Below, one piece after another: positions 40,925-55,230 of a DNA stretch of 64,000 bases. The translations under genes and the position numbers were made by a program. Positions within the stretch are counted from its first letter, which is position 1. Each line of letters begins with the position of its first letter. Under the pieces are notes generated by a model, which saw nothing but the letters and a program-made list of their open reading frames with translations, did no database searches and had not been told where the DNA came from. Origin of the DNA: the human T2T-CHM13v2.0 reference genome, Homo sapiens; the NCBI RefSeq assembly GCF_009914755.1, contig NC_060926.1; one strand, 5' to 3'.

Positions 40925-41075
40925 GACCACTGGACATAGACTCAGATATGAGTTCATGTCTGGCCTTACTCTTTTCTGTAATCTTGGCCTAATCAGCTGA
41001 TCTCTCGGATCTCAGTTTCTCCATTTGCAAAATGGGGATAATAATACCTGCCTTAGTGATTTATAGTGATTTGGA
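40925..41075 (+). mobile_element. MIR SINE
   Basis: CTCAGTTTCTCCATTTGCAAAATGGGGATAATAATACCTGCC. Confidence 0.8.
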
Positions 41076-41324
41076 GGGCTTACTTTAAGAATTAACTATT
41101 TTATTTTGAAAGATCATTTTATTTGGTATTCTGTTCAAAACAGTGACTGGAATTGAGATTATATTAAAAATCTCTGATCTTTCTCATCACATTTTAGAAC
41201 ACATGGAAATAAATTGTCTCACCATGCAATTTTTAAAAATCCCTTAATTGCAGTATATTAAGACATTGGAACTAGAATATTTATTCTAGGAAATATTATC
41301 CTAGGGGACAATACTCTAACAATA

Positions 41325-41510
41325 ACAACAATACATAATATTTATTGAACAGACATTAGACGAAAATCACTGTTTTAAGTGCTTTATAAGTATTAACTCA
41401 TTTAATCCTCACAAGAAACCTATGGAAAAAGTATTAAATGATAAAACAGGAATATAAGTTGAATGTTTAAGACAGATACTGCCAGTGCTGTCTGTTGAAA
41501 TTCAGCCTAC
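41325..41510 (-). mobile_element. MIR SINE
   Basis: TAATTTATTGA..CACTGTTTTAAGTGCTTT..TATTAACTCATTTAATCCTCACAAGAAACCTATG. Confidence 0.75.
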
Positions 41511-41567
41511 ATTCAATGCCAGAAGGCAAATTTTTCTCCAAAATATGTTTATTACATCTCTTTGTCC

Positions 41568-41882
41568 TTTTTTTTTTTTTTTTTTTTTTGAGGTGGAGTC
41601 TCACTGTGTCGCCCAGGCTGGAGTGCAGAAGTGCGATCTTGGCTCACCACAACCTCCGCTTCCCAGGTTCAAGTGATTCTCTGTGCTCAGTCTCCCTAGT
41701 AGCTGGGATTACAGGCGAGCGCCACTTTTACGCCCAGCTAATTTTTTTTTTTTTTTGTATTTTTAATAGAGACAGGGTTTCACTATTTTGGTCAGGCTGG
41801 TCTCAAACTCCTGACCTCATGATTCGCCTGCCTTGGCCTCCCAAAGTGTCAGGATTACAGGCGTGAGCCACTGCTACCAGCC
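41568..41882 (-). mobile_element. AluS (Sp/Sq-like) with TSD
   Basis: Full dimer; CTCACCACAACCTCC and TTGGTCAGGCTGG; TSD TCTTTGTCCTT on both sides. Confidence 0.93.
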
Positions 41883-42009
41883 TTCTTTGTCCTTAATGTC
41901 AGACTCATTGGCTTAATTTCTCTGTGGCCGCTAAGGAATATGCATTTTGGTGTGTTAACCAAAAACTCTTATTGTGTAACTTGGAAACTTCCAGTTTAAA
42001 ATCTTTTTT

Positions 42010-43400
42010 GCTAAAATTCTCTCTTATAAAATATTACTTGGACTATACAATTTTCACTTTTATTATCATTTGTCTGCTATAGCTTTCCTCCACACCGATT
42101 TTCTATGTAGTATTTCTTTTAAGTGTGTGTCTGATAGAGGGTGTAAAATGATTATTTTTTTTCCTAATTCAATCCAAGAATATCTGTTTTAGTGGATGAT
42201 ATAATCCAGTTACATTTGTTGTAATTACTAAATTTTATTTTCCAATTTGTTTGTGTTTTCTTTTAACCAGGCATTTCTTTGTCATCTTTGTCCTTTTGTA
42301 CCTTCTATTTGCTCACTTTGTTTTTGTATTTTATTTTCAGTCATTTTAACCATTATATGCAAATAACTTCTTATATTTGAATTTATTCTGCTAGTTTGTA
42401 CTGCTTCTTGAAGTAGTTAGCAGTTTTTTAAAATTTGAAGCCATTTCTTATTCAAATATTTCCTTATCCCATTCTTCATCTTCTCTTCCTTATGAAATCC
42501 AAGTACCCGTTGGTTGACTCTTTCACCATGACTCGTATATCTTTACACATTTTTCTTTATATTCCATTCTTTGTGCTTCAGATTGGATTTATTTTCTGAG
42601 ATACTGTCCAGTTTACTGCTTCTCTCTTCAGATTTGTCTAATCTTTTATATTAGACATTACTGAGTTCTTAATTTCAGATATTCTTCAATTCTAGAATTA
42701 CCATTTGATTCTTTCATATAGTTTCTAGTTCTTGGCTGAAATTGTTTGTTTTGTCATTTAATGCTTATGCATATTAACCTCCATTATTTTAAAATTATTA
42801 CTCCAAATTCCAATATATGGATCTCCAGTGGATCTATTAGCTGATTTTTCTCTTCATTTTATTTTCAGTTAATTCTTTCCTTTTATTTACATTTATTTAT
42901 TTATTTTTCCTGCTGCCTGTTTTTTATTGAGTATTATTGTATGTAAAAAATGTTAGATGTGATTTTATGTTTTTAGATCACATTATCTTTCTCCATAGAG
43001 GATTTTTCTTTTGACTCTGGTAGGTAGTTAAGTTGTAGCTGGTGCAAATTAATCCAATTATACTTTTAACTGATTCAAAGTTGGTCTTCAGTCTGCGAGT
43101 GTTAGTTTATTTCCAGCTCATATTTATTTCTAGGGTGTATCCTTTGGAGATACAAACTAAATATTCAGGGTCTATAGTAGAACCCCTCTTTCTTGGATGG
43201 TTCTGAGATTCAATTTTTGTCTTAAGCATTGAGAGACTGCCAAAAATGTTTTCTTTCCCCAGCTTCTTAGCCTCTCAGCTGTGCTTTCTGTTTTCCTCTT
43301 ACCTTCTCTAGAGATATTGCTCTAGAATGTAACAATGCCTCTATGGGAACATTTAATCCTCCTTATCTCAACCTCAAAACTTCTGCTGTCCATTAATCCT
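42010..43400 (-). mobile_element. Old L1M/L1ME fragments (ORF1/5' region)
   Basis: TATAATCCAGTTACATTTGTTGTAATTACT; TCCAGTTTACTGCTTCTCTCTTCAG..TTCTAGAATTACCATTTGATTCTTT. Confidence 0.65.
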
Positions 43401-44189
43401 CTAAGACATTCTCTGCTTTTTGAGAGGGGGAAGAGCAAGGAATTTCAACCACTGTTCCCTCATTATCCTGGACCACATACAACCTTCAAGCTCCATCTAT
43501 CCTTATGTTTCTCTAAGCTTTTCTATTCTGCTGGTCAGGAATCACGGTGTAAATGGTAGCTGTTTATCAGACTGCTATTTTGGAGTAATTTAGGATGCTA
43601 GGCTACAGTTTTCTCATGCTCTAGATCTTCCAATCCTGTGAGATAAAGACCTATGCATAAGGGTTTCTGTTTTCCCAGTTAATTCCCAGAGCTTAGCCTG
43701 GAGCTTAGGTCATTGAGCCTCTTTCTCAGATACTGACCAGGGCCTAAAATCCAGTCATCTTCTTTCTAATTTCCCCTTCTTTGCTTTCTTTTTCAAATCT
43801 TACCAATTAGAGACAGGAAACAACTCTTCTCTACTTACTTATTGTTTCCACTTTATGGATTACAAGTCTGAACATGCTTTCACTCTTCATATTTAAAATC
43901 AAGCTTTTGAAATAACTAAAAATATACAAACAACTGTTTTCACTCTCAAACAACTGCTCTTTTAATTTGAACCCAGAGTTCTCAAAATTATAGTCTTTAC
44001 TATAGTTTTATAAAAGTCAACTTAAATATAAGTAATTTGACTTTTACTTTTTATCTTAAAGTAAGATAAAAGGCAGCATACATAAATCCTTGTTGAAGTT
44101 TGGATGATTAGAAGAGTTAAGATTAAGAGTAATCTTCCACTAAATAGAGTGCTAACTCTGTAGTGTCCTGAGACAAATGATATAGCTAT

Positions 44190-44420
44190 AGTGACAATAA
44201 TAATGTCAGTCATTTATTGGGCGCATGCTGTGTTTCTTAAATGCCCACAATGTTTTGTGAATCTGTATGATTTCCTCAATAACTTTGTGAATTTATGATA
44301 ATTACAAGTGAAAAAACTAAATGCTTTTAGAGGACAAGTAACTTGCCCAACTCACTAGTAAGTGGTAGCTGTGGAATTTAAGCCAAGGTCTGTCTGACTT
44401 CAAAGCTGTTTGTGTTTGTT
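44190..44420 (-). mobile_element. MIR SINE
   Basis: AAGTAACTTGCCCAA..CTAGTAAGTGGTAG..GAATTTAAGCCAAGGTCTGTCTGACTTCAAAGC. Confidence 0.75.
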
Positions 44421-44844
44421 CTCTATACGATGCATAAATTTTTAGCTATTAATAATTATAATTTACTTTATTCCTATCAATATAATAGTGGTAGTATGGA
44501 GTATCACCTGGGAAAAACAACTCAGTTTATGAAATACTGATATTCAGGTGAAATTTTATGTTATACTTGAGAAAGTGTTTTATAAGCTGTTGTAATATTT
44601 TATTTTTTCTATGTATACCTACTTTATTTTCTAGATTGTAAGTTTCTGGAGATAGGAATTTTCTTTTCTCTTTTATGTCTCTTAATATATTTATTATACT
44701 AAATCCCAAACAAATTTTTGATCATTATTGATTTCTGCTTTTTTCTAAAAAAATTAGATTATGTTTGTTAATTAATTACTTTGTAGTTGTATTATTCTAT
44801 AGACTATTTTGGTGTTTGATGTTTTTTAAATTACACTTTTCATT

Positions 44845-45330
44845 TAACAAATGCAAACCTAAAGTTGCAATATAATTACAAGGGATTCCATATACCCTTC
44901 ATTTAGATTCATTTGTTGTTAACATTTTGCCACATTCACTTTATGTCGCTCAAGACATATTGATGTGGACATTCTCATTATTATTTTCTTTTTGTTCTGG
45001 CGTAATCCATGTGAGAGTAAGCTGCGAGAGATCATGACCTTCACTCCAAACACTTCAGTGTGCATGTCTAAGAAGAAGCGCATTTTTTTGTATAATCACA
45101 GTACAATTATCAAATTCAGAAATGTTACTTTCATAGATACTGATTATCTAATATCTTATTTATATCCAAATTTCAACTTTTTTGTCCAAATTACTGTCTT
45201 TTATAGCAACATTATTTCCTGATTCAGGATCATGGATTGCATTCGTCATGTTTTTTAAATTGCCTTTATTTTGAAATAGTTCTTCAGAATTTTACTGATT
45301 TTTATGACATTGACAGTTTTGAAGAGGCCC
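44845..45330 (-). mobile_element. L1MC/L1ME 3' end
   Basis: ATATACCCTTCATTTAGATTCA..GTTAACATTTTGCCACATT..GAGAGTAAGCTGC..TATAATCACAGTACAATTATCAAATTCAG. Confidence 0.7.
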
Positions 45331-45824
45331 CTTCATTGTGTGGTTGTATCTGACTCCTTGCACCAGAAAATATATTGTCCAGGTACTTAGCGATAACTAA
45401 TGTTCCTTTAAAAGGAATATAAGGGCTTTTAGAAAATATAGCTGCAGGTTAAATATAACTGCAGATAACACTAAGAGTTAAAGGGAATAATGTCAGACAA
45501 CAAGGGAAAAGTTTACAAAGCTTTTTTTTTTTTCTTCACAATTTTACCCAGAACCAGCTCTGATAGTTACCATGGTCATAAGTTGAAATGAGAGTACCAT
45601 TTTTTTCCTATTCTTACTGCAGACCAGGGTAATGAGATTTACCTCTGAACAATGAATGATCAAAGAGGCTTTTACCTACTGTTCCTTCAGGAAGCAAGTT
45701 TATCTCATGGTAAGCTAGTAGAGTATAGAAATCTAAATATCAAACTATAAATTCTGGAACTCAATTTGAATGTCAGAGTGGTAAGGGAAGAACACTGGGC
45801 TCAGACAGACCGAGAGATAATAAC

Positions 45825-46080
45825 AATAATAGTATAGCAATAACAGCTATTTTTGAGCAATAAATATTTATGATCACTGTGCTAGCATTACCTTGTATCC
45901 TTAGAATAACTCAAGGTAGGTTTCATAACACCTGATTATAAGGCAGGGAACAGGTTTAGAGAGATTAAGTCAATTATCCAGCATCACAGCATCAGTCATT
46001 CAGGTAGTAAGGAAGAGAATCAGGATTATGTCATTATGTCATAGGCCTGTCTTAGCCCTAAAGAGTACTCCTTACTTACT
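45825..46080 (-). mobile_element. MIR SINE
   Basis: AATAACAGCTATTTTTGAGCA..GGTTTAGAGAGATTAAGTCAATTATCCAGCATCACA. Confidence 0.6.
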
Positions 46081-47278
46081 ACTAGGTTAACATTGCCTCT
46101 CAAATGCAGACTCCACCAATGTTATTTTTTATGTCTTTAAGCCTCAATTTTCTCATTTTTAAAATGTTGATAACAATCTTCACAGAGTGAAAGAATTGTG
46201 TGCAAACCGACTGACTCACAATAGCTATAAAACTTCTCTTTCTAGTCAGATTCTAGACTTTCAGTTGTCAGTATATTGCTAGATAATTTTAACAGTCAAA
46301 TATACATAACTATAATGCATGTTTAGATATTAGAAATAATAGTTTGAAAAAATTGCCAGGATAAAATCTCTACAACTTATCAGAGGTTAGAATAGGAATA
46401 TGTATTCAGTAATTCATATTACCTAATTTTACCCAGATCTCTTTTTGTTGCTACATCCTCAAAATAATAATTTGACATTCCCTTGAACTTTCTTTTTTTT
46501 TCAGTCATGTATTTTTAGGTTTTCGAATTAACAGGAAAAAAAAAATTAGCACTGTTCTCTTTTCTCCACAGCCTTCATTTGTTTCATTTCCTCTTTTGTC
46601 ACCTATCTCCTAGGCAACAAAGCAAACAAAGGAAAACCTTTTATTATCAAAAAATTAAAATAAAGAATTCAGATAAAAATTGAGGAATTGATGAGAATTG
46701 TCTGTTGAGGCTTATGTAACTGAAAAGAAAAGCAAACACTTGTTTTTTTTAACTTCTTCCATTAACACACCAGCTGCCTCTCTAGGAACCCTCAGTGTGA
46801 AGCTGGCCCCAGAGGCCTCACTAGTGAGGGTTTGACAGTCTACAATCAACATTTGATCTTGAGCTTCTCTCCCTTACACATATCGTTATTTTTCTTTTCT
46901 TTACATGAAACTATATGTCCTGTCAGGATAAAATTACTTTACGTGTTCAAAGTAAACAAAATTGTTCATTCTAGTAAAATATCCCTCAGAAGTTTCTTCC
47001 AGGAAAACCCTAAACCAGACAAAAACTTTACAAGATTTTTTAGTTATGGTTTCAATATGTCTGCAAGTGATTTATTTTTCATAGTTCTTAAAATTTTGCT
47101 TGAAAATTATTTGCTTTTAATTCAAGAAATCCCTGCTATAATTCTCATTTGAAGAAAAAAATGTGCCAGTGAAATTTGTTAAATAAAATAATAGTTCTGA
47201 AGTAAATCAATAGCCAAACATCTACAGTGGATTTAGTGTGTAAAGGGTGGTTATGAGGCTTGGGTTATGTGGCCAGGG

Positions 47279-48136
47279 TGAAGCAGGATATTTCCCTGAA
47301 CACTTCACTCTGGCGGGAACTGGAATGCACGGGTACTTGAACTAGCCAGCTGATTTGGCACTGGCAGGGGTGAACTCTACTCACTCAGACCTGCTGTGCT
47401 CCACCCCTCATGGGAAGGGGAGCACACAGGTGTGTGGGTACAAGAGCTGGGGCGAGTGCTTTTGGGTGCCAGCAAGGGCAAAGTCTGTAGCAGCCCCATG
47501 GCAGCATCTGGAGGTGGGGGTGCCCATGACCCCTGAAGCCCCAGAAGTGTTACAGTACTGTTTTAGGTCTGCTGTCCATGGATGGCTTAAGTGTTAACAG
47601 CTCAGTGGAGCATCAGTGTGACAGCCTTTTGCACCTGCATTCATGGCACCCAAATTCTTGTCCAGCATCCAGGAGGAATAAGGTTGCACAAATAAATTGG
47701 AGATGGTAAATGTGGGGGATTTTATTTCCAATGAAAGTGGTTCTTAGCAGGAAGGGGAGCTGAAAAGGAGATGGAGTGGAGAGGTAATCTTCCCTTGAAG
47801 TCTGGCCATCCCCAGCTAGACTCCTCTCTGAAGCTACACTGTCAAGCTGTCCCCCTGAAGTCAAGCCACTTCTCTCCAACGTCCAGCTGTAGTCACTGAC
47901 TTCCAGCTGCTTCTCCTCTCTCTGCTAGCTAAGCCTGGGTTTTTTGCGGGGAGGGGCAAAAGATGGGGGCGAGGTGGGCCATGGATGGTTTTGGAAAAGG
48001 CAACATTCAAGTGCAAAAACAGGGATGTAATTTCTCACTTTGGGCCATGGTATCGGGCTTTTCAGCTTGAGGGTGGGGCCCTCACCAGGGACCTGACATC
48101 TTCTGACCAGAATTTCCCTGCCTCCTGTCCCTATCA
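47279..48136 (-). mobile_element. ERV1 3' LTR (LTR1/LTR27/LTR28 group)
   Basis: Minus strand starts TGATAGGGACAGGAGGCAGGGAAATTCTGG..GAGGGCCCCACCCTCAAGC; AATAAA at 47726-47721; ends CTGCTTCA; preceded by the purine-rich AGAGTGAGGAAA (PPT). Confidence 0.88.
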
Positions 48137-48173
48137 TTTCCTCACTCTGAAAAGGCACATCTAACTGCTATTA

Positions 48174-48486
<313 letters not shown>

Positions 48487-48929
48487 GAATATGAATGCAG
48501 ACTGGTCTTAGCTACTTCCTGCTGAAAGGGGGTGTTGTTTTGAGGAAAAATGGTAGTCGGATTCCTCCCAGAGGTTTGCCTAAGGGTCCCTGGAAAAAGG
48601 GAGCCATTGTCTGAGGCTCTGGTTGCCTAACCGCTTGGAGTTTGATGGCCTCTAGGTGAGAAAAAACAAGTTTATCAAGATTAAGTATGCATGGATCAAA
48701 TATGTGTATTTTACAAAGAGGAGTTAAAAGAAGAGTATTTCATGCCAAAGATTACTGAAATAAGAAGTGAAATATACTAATCATCCTGAAAGCAACATTG
48801 TACACCTGTGGTATAGAACAAAATGAAGTAAGGGCAGCAAGACTATAAAGAGGATATCAATGAAAGGTTAATTAGTAACACTAATTAAATAATAACTAAG
48901 TTTAATTATTAACACTAATCTTTTGTGAT

Positions 48930-51900
48930 TTTTAGCTTGATGTCCCCAGTGTCCTTACATTGGTACTTCGGGTGCTCTTCAGGGTTGACAGAGGTAACTC
49001 CGTTGGCTTCCCAGGCCTTTACTCAGGTATAATGAGTCCATTAATCTATTCCAGTGACCCTCACTGCCGTAGGAGTAGAAAGAAATACAGTATAAGGTCC
49101 CTCCCAATCTGGGTTCATAGAAGGAGAAAGGGAAGGAAGTACATTTGCCAGTACTAGGTCTCCTGGGTTGAGTAGAGGTGCGCCTAGTTCCATGGGATTA
49201 GACCTTCGTTAGTTGTTTCAGTTCCTGTTGGAAATGGGCCACAGAAATTATATGTTTAATCAAATCAGAGGTTTCTTGGTCTAGCAAGAAATCATTGGTG
49301 AGAAAATGCTGTCCATACATCATTTCAAAGGGACTCAAACCTAGCTTTGAAGCAGTGTTTCTAATATGTAGTAGGGATATGGGGAGAAGGGTTGTCCAGG
49401 GGAGATGAGTAACCCAAGACAGTTTCCTGAGGTGCCTTTTGATAATATTATTTGTCTTTTCTACCTTTCCTGAAGACTGTGGTCTCCAAGCGCAATGAAG
49501 ATGGTACCATATGCCTAGTGCCTTTGAGACCCCCTGGGTGACAGCCACCTTGAATGAGGGGCCATTATCATTCTGCAGGTACTTAAGGAGTCCAAAGTGA
49601 AGAATTATCTCATTAGTACTTTTATCACCTCAGAGGCTTTCTCTGTCTAACGTGGAAATGATTCTACCTAGTTAGTGAAGGTATCTATACATACTAGAAG
49701 GTACTGGATGCCCCCTTGCCTTTGGCGTATGGGTGAAATCCATTGGCCAGTCTTCCCCCAGCTAGCCTCCTATCCTCTGGGTTCCTGGAGGAATAAGACA
49801 TCGGTTGAGGGGATTGATTTTAAGGCAGGTCTCTCAAGCATTAACAATCTGTTTAACCATTTGTATAATATTTTTACCTAATATAACAGTCTCTGGGCCA
49901 ATTGATAGGTTTTATCCTTACCTAGGTGGAAGACCTGGTGAAGGCTTTAAAGAACTTTCTATTAGTTCATAGCCAGTAGATGAAGCTTGCCATTCTCTGA
50001 TTGTAGCCATCCTGAGGACTGAAAGATGTATCCTCAAGAGGTGGCCCATTCTGTTTCCACAGGAGAATATTGAGGTTTTATTTCTCTAATGGGCCCTTCC
50101 CAGATCAGTGGAGCTTCAAGTAGATTGGAAATCTAGGGCTCTCTCACTGCTGATTTAGCTGCTTGGTCTGCCAACCTATTTCCTTTGGCTATTTCATCCA
50201 TCTCTCTTTGGTGGCCTTTACAATGTATTACTGCCACCTCCTGTGGGAGGAAAACTGAGGATAATAGTGTATTAATTTCCTGATGGTATTTAATGGGAGA
50301 CCTGTTAGCTGTGAGGAAGTTTCTCTCTTTCCAGATATTGGCATGGCATGGACAGCTAGGAAAGCATACTTAGAATCAGTATAAATGTTAACTGCTTTCC
50401 TTGTGCTTGAGTGCCTTCTGATGGCAATTAGTTTGACTAGTTGAGCACTTGTGCCCGAAGAGAGACATACCCCTGCTCTCAACAGTATCGTTTAGAGTAA
50501 CTATTGCATACCTTGCTTTATGGATCCCTTATTCTACAAAATAACTTCCGTCTGTGAAGAGAATACAGTCTGGGCTCTCTAAGGGGGTTTCCTTGAGGTC
50601 TTCTCTGTCTGCATATGTTTGTACTACTATCTGTTCACAGTCATGTTCAAGCTCCCTAGTTTCCTCTGGGAGGAAGGTGGCTGGATTTAGGGAGGGATGG
50701 GTTCTTAATTGAACTGCAGATCTCTCTAATAGCAGAGCTTGATACCTGGGGAAGTGGCTGTCTGTTAGCCAGAGACTCCCCTTAGAAGACAGCAGTCCTG
50801 CCACATTATACAGAGTGTAAACAGTTAAGTTATTCTCCATGGTTAACTTAGTAGCCTCTGGTACCAGCAAGGCTACTGCTGCAAATGCTCGGGGGCTGGC
50901 TGGCCATCCTTTGGCTACCTTAATTAAGCTCCTTACTTAGGTAGCCTACAGGCTGCTGGGCTGGACCCTGGGCCTGGGTTAGAACCCCCAGGGCCATTTC
51001 CTTTCTTTCTGACACATAAAGATTAAATGTCTTCCCTATGGGGAGATTAAGGGCTGGTACCTTAAGCAATGTGTATTTTAGTTGGTCAAAGGCCTTTCTA
51101 GCCTCCAGTTCCCAAATTAGAGAATGAGTATTAGTCGAGTGGGTCTCCTTTATTAGGTGATAAAAGGAATGAGCTATTTCACCATATGTAGGTATCTATA
51201 GTCTGCAGAATTCTGTAATGCCTAAGAACCCCCTCAGTTGCTTCAGGGTTTTGGGGGAGGGGGAAGGAGGAGATGGGCTTAATCCTTTCTGAGCACAATG
51301 CTCTGGTTCCCTCTGACAAGATCAGGCCTAGGTACTTCACTGAAGTCTGACAGAGCTGAGCTTTAAATTTTGAAACCTTATATCCTCTGTTAGCCAGAAA
51401 ATTAAGAAGAACCTTACCACCCTCCTGAGAGATTTCCTCAGTTGGAGCATAGAGGTGAATATCATCTATGTATTGTAAAACTTTAACCTGTGGATAGAGG
51501 AACTTGGAGAGGTCTCCTGACAATGCCTGCCCAAACAAGTTGGAGCGGTCTCAGAATCCCTGAGGTAACACCATCCTGGTTAACTGGGAGGTTTGGTTTG
51601 GTTTGGTTTGAGAGTGATCCTCAAATGCAAACAAATACTGGGAGTCAGGGTATAGTGGTATGCAGAAAAAGCATCCTTCAGGTCTAGGACATGAACCATT
51701 TAATTACCTCAGGTATTTGAGCTTGGAGGGTATACAGATTGGGAGCCACCAGGTGAATTGGAACCACAATCTCATTAACAAGGCGGAGGTCTTAAACTAG
51801 TTTTCATTCCATGATGGGCTTTTGTATCCCTGATGTTGGAGTATTACAAGGGCTACTGCAGGGTTTGAGGAGGCCCTGAAACCTTGATATCAATGATGGC

Positions 51901-52425
51901 TTCTGGTCCTTTCCTAACTTCTGGTTTCAGGGGATACTGTTTCTGGTTAGGAAAAAAGGTGGGATCCTTAAGGTGGACCCAGACAGCTATGGCGGTTCTG
52001 GCTTGGCCAATTTTGCAGTGAATGGCCCAAACTTCTGGGTTAATGTCTATCTCCACTAGGGGGAGACAAAGAGTTTGTCCTGGGACCATCATAATAGTGG
52101 TCCCCATATGGGAGAGAATATCCCTGCCCAACAATGGAGTTGGGCTTTCAGGCATAATTAGAAAGGTATGGGTAAACAAGAGGTTTTTCCAACTACAACT
52201 AAGGTGTTGGGGAAAATATCAGGTTAAAGGCCTTCCTGAGAGGCCCCTCATGGTCATGCTAAGAGAGAAGAGGGGGCCCAGATTGGAGAGGAGAACTGAG
52301 AGACCAGCCCTGGTGTCCAGAAGGAGGTCCACTTTCCTTCCTTCGATTTCCAGAACTACCTGGGGCTCCTGGATGATAATAGTGGTCTGGACCACTGGAG
52401 CTGGGAAGAGGAGAACTGGGACCCA
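48930..52425 (-). pseudogene. ERV1 pro-pol (protease, RT, RNase H, integrase), disrupted
   Basis: PR VDLLLDTRAGLSVL (DTG changed to DTR); RT VLQYIDD; RNase H LFTDGS and VNIYTDSKYAF; IN HLHCAWRPQSSGKVEKTN and WEGPYTV; many stops and frameshifts. Confidence 0.92.
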
Positions 52426-53886
52426 TCAGTCCTGTTGGGGCACTTGGGAGATTAGCTCTGCATCCAATGACCAGTGTTCCTGGTGACAGTCCACCTTCCA
52501 GTGGTCCCCATTGCAAATTGAACATGGTCAAGGCAGGTTCCTCATGCTGCCTGAACAATCCTTTCTAACATGTCCTGGCTTACCACATCTGTAGCAGTTA
52601 ACAGGGCATCTCAGGAATTCTGGTGTTTTGGGCTTGTGTGGTTGCCATTAAAGCCTCTGTCTCTTTTCTGTGTTTCCTTTCTCTCTGCTGGACCTCCCTT
52701 CTCTATTATAAAAGACCAAGCTGGCCACTTTTAGGCGGTTCTTTAAAATACTATCTAGTCCCAGGGCCTGTTTCTGCATCTCCCTCCTGACATCAGGGTC
52801 TTTGCCTGAGTAATACATTTGTCCTTTAGGATTAGTTGTCCCTCAGCTGAATCAGGAGATAGAGAGGTGTGCCTTACCAAGGTCTCTCCAGGAAGGCAGT
52901 GGGATTCTCATCAAATCCCTGGTCTATCATTGATAGCTTGGTATAATTGAGAGGCTGAGTTCTAGACCTACCTAAGCCCTCCATTATGCACACTTGAAAG
53001 TGTCTCCTCTTCCATTCTCTCATCTCATCACTGAGATCCTATTTAGGGTCATCCAATGATACTGCTTCACTTCTAGCTGGATAAAGTTTTACTCCCTCCC
53101 TGACACTATATGTGATTCAAAGCTCATACCCATATCTCTCTGCCACTTGCAGAGCAGCCTGCTTCTCAGTGTTAGAGTTTGATTCAAAAGTAACATAATA
53201 TCTTTCAGGAGAGTTCAAATACTTGGGTTAAATTCTGGAAAGCCTGCATATATCTGTCAGGGTCATCTGAAAGCTTGCCAAGATCCCCCTTAATTTGTCT
53301 TTAGTCCTGTAGCGAGAAGGGGACCTGGACCTTACTGGGGCCAAAATCACCAGGCATCTGTTGGAGGGCTAAGAGTGAGGCTGGGGCTTGTCTAAAGTGA
53401 GGATTTCTAGGAGGGGTCAAGCAAGAGAGAGAAACTGGATAGGAAGGATGTGGTAGACCCAGAGGAGCAGGGCTGGAGGAACCTGGCTCCCTTCTGGAGG
53501 TGCCTGTGGGGTTCATTTCTTTAGTTCCCTGGGATTACCCTTGCAGCCTCTCCTGAGATGGCAAACAGGAGGGCTGGATCAATCCTACCATGTTGGCAAA
53601 GGTCTGGATTACCCTGCAAAGTAAAGAAAGCCTGTGCGTATGGGGCCTCAGACCATTAGCCCTCATATTTACAGAAAAGGTCTAACTACAGGATGGTATC
53701 AAAATGAATGATTCCCTCCTGAGGTCAAGCCAGTCCTTCCTGCAGATCATAATTTGGCCAAACCTTTGTTCAAGGGACTTTGAGGTGATTTTGCTCCAGA
53801 GTCTGAGGGTCAAAGTAGTCCCAGTGACTCAGGATATACTCCAGAGGAGTATAGACTGGGAATTGTGCAGATAGCTGGTGGCCCAT
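52426..53886 (-). pseudogene. ERV1 gag, disrupted
   Basis: Starts MGHQLSAQFPVYTPLEYILSHWDYFDPQTL; capsid GPSKVQVPFSLQD; MHR QGFDENPTAFLE; knuckles CYRCGKPGHVRKDC and CSICNGDHWKVDC; ends PQQD*. Confidence 0.9.
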
Positions 53887-55210
53887 TCTGAAACACAGGG
53901 AAATAGGCATCCCTTATTTCCCTTCCATCTTTCAGTAATAACCCAGGGTGTGAGGGAGAGAGAAAATGGGTGTCCCCACTTTCTTTTCTCTCTTTTTATC
54001 CCCAAGACCTGGCGATCTTAGACAGATACCTTCCATGGGTGCCACTGAAGCCTGCACTTGTGAGACAGAGAGGGCCTATGCCTCCATTCCCCCTATGGTT
54101 GGCAGCCTTTGTGTTCCCTGGGCCTTATCTATGCCATGGAAAATGGCCTCCTTCCATGAAGCAGTGGCTTAATCAGCAGGAATTAGTCCTACTCATTTAC
54201 ACTGCACCTGTGGCCTGGCTTTGGATTCCTCAGATCTGGTTTTCCTTTCTAGGGCCTCAACCTAAAATTTAGAATTGAGTTTGGGACAAAAAGATGTCTC
54301 AGGGGGAGCATGGATTTATGTAGATTAAGTTCCTGACAGGCCTTGCCAAATTTTCAGTTATTAGCTGTTGGGGTCATTCCTCTGTTACCTCCCTATCATA
54401 AGCAGAGTGATGAGGTAGGAAAAGAACTCTCTTGCACAGAAAAGAAAGAGGGAAAAAAACAGCTTAAGAGAGGTGAAAGAACCTCTTGCTGTATGCAGAT
54501 GGGTTCCTTTAATCATTGTATCCCTCCTCTGGTTTAGACTGGCCAGTGTTTCCTTCCTCGGCCAGGGGAGGAAAGACTCTATGGGTGGGTGGCGGACGGG
54601 GCCTGTGAGTGGGAAACACTGGCTAGCTGGCCGCGTGGTGTCCCTGGCTCCTTAGGCTGCCCTGAGTCACTGGCGGGAGCTGTGCTTCTCTCCCATCCAG
54701 TGTGGCCATTAAGCGTGGCACATGCATGCTGCCAACATGCCCAAGTGCTCCAGCTGGGAGGGGAGAGGGTGAGGAGGGCGCTGCCATGCACTGCACGCAC
54801 CTGAAGCTATTGGGGTGAGGGTGGGGATGGAACCTCTAAGAACCGACAGAAATCATATTGTTATGAATTGCATATCTGATAGCTGGGCCAAATACTCATT
54901 CTTCCTAGTAATATTTCTGCAGCTTGTGGCAAAACACTTCACATTATAAAAGAAGAGATAGGACCCATTTCAAAGGAAAGTTACAACACTGAGCAGTGGC
55001 CTCTGTCAGATGCCTTCGGTTGACCCAGGACTTCATTCTGGTCCCACATGATGGCTAGACCTCCATAAAGGGAAACAGAGCCAGCATTCCTTTCATCCTA
55101 AAGAAAGAGATGGCGGGTTTGCATCCTGTCCTCTGCAAGTGGCATAGCTCAGACAAGTCTGAGGACAAGAGACAGATCCGACAGATCTGCATTTACTTAC
55201 ACTTCTGGTG

Positions 55211-55228
55211 AATTCCAGGCAGACCCCA
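55211..55228 (-). promoter_or_regulatory. ERV1 primer-binding site, degenerate tRNA-Pro type
   Basis: TGGGGTCTGCCTGGAATT, 2 nt after the 5' LTR end, compared with the Pro PBS TGGGGGCTCGTCCGGGAT. Confidence 0.6.
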
Positions 55229-55230
55229 AA

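Noticed and set aside
48490-48930. Possible env or other accessory ORF in the ERV1 3' region
   Set aside because: Too short; no ORF, CXXC, furin site or immunosuppressive-domain motif seen.
52022-52486. 154-aa plus-strand ORF as a viral antisense protein
   Set aside because: It mirrors the protease frame on the opposite strand; such antisense open frames are expected and no independent motif is visible.
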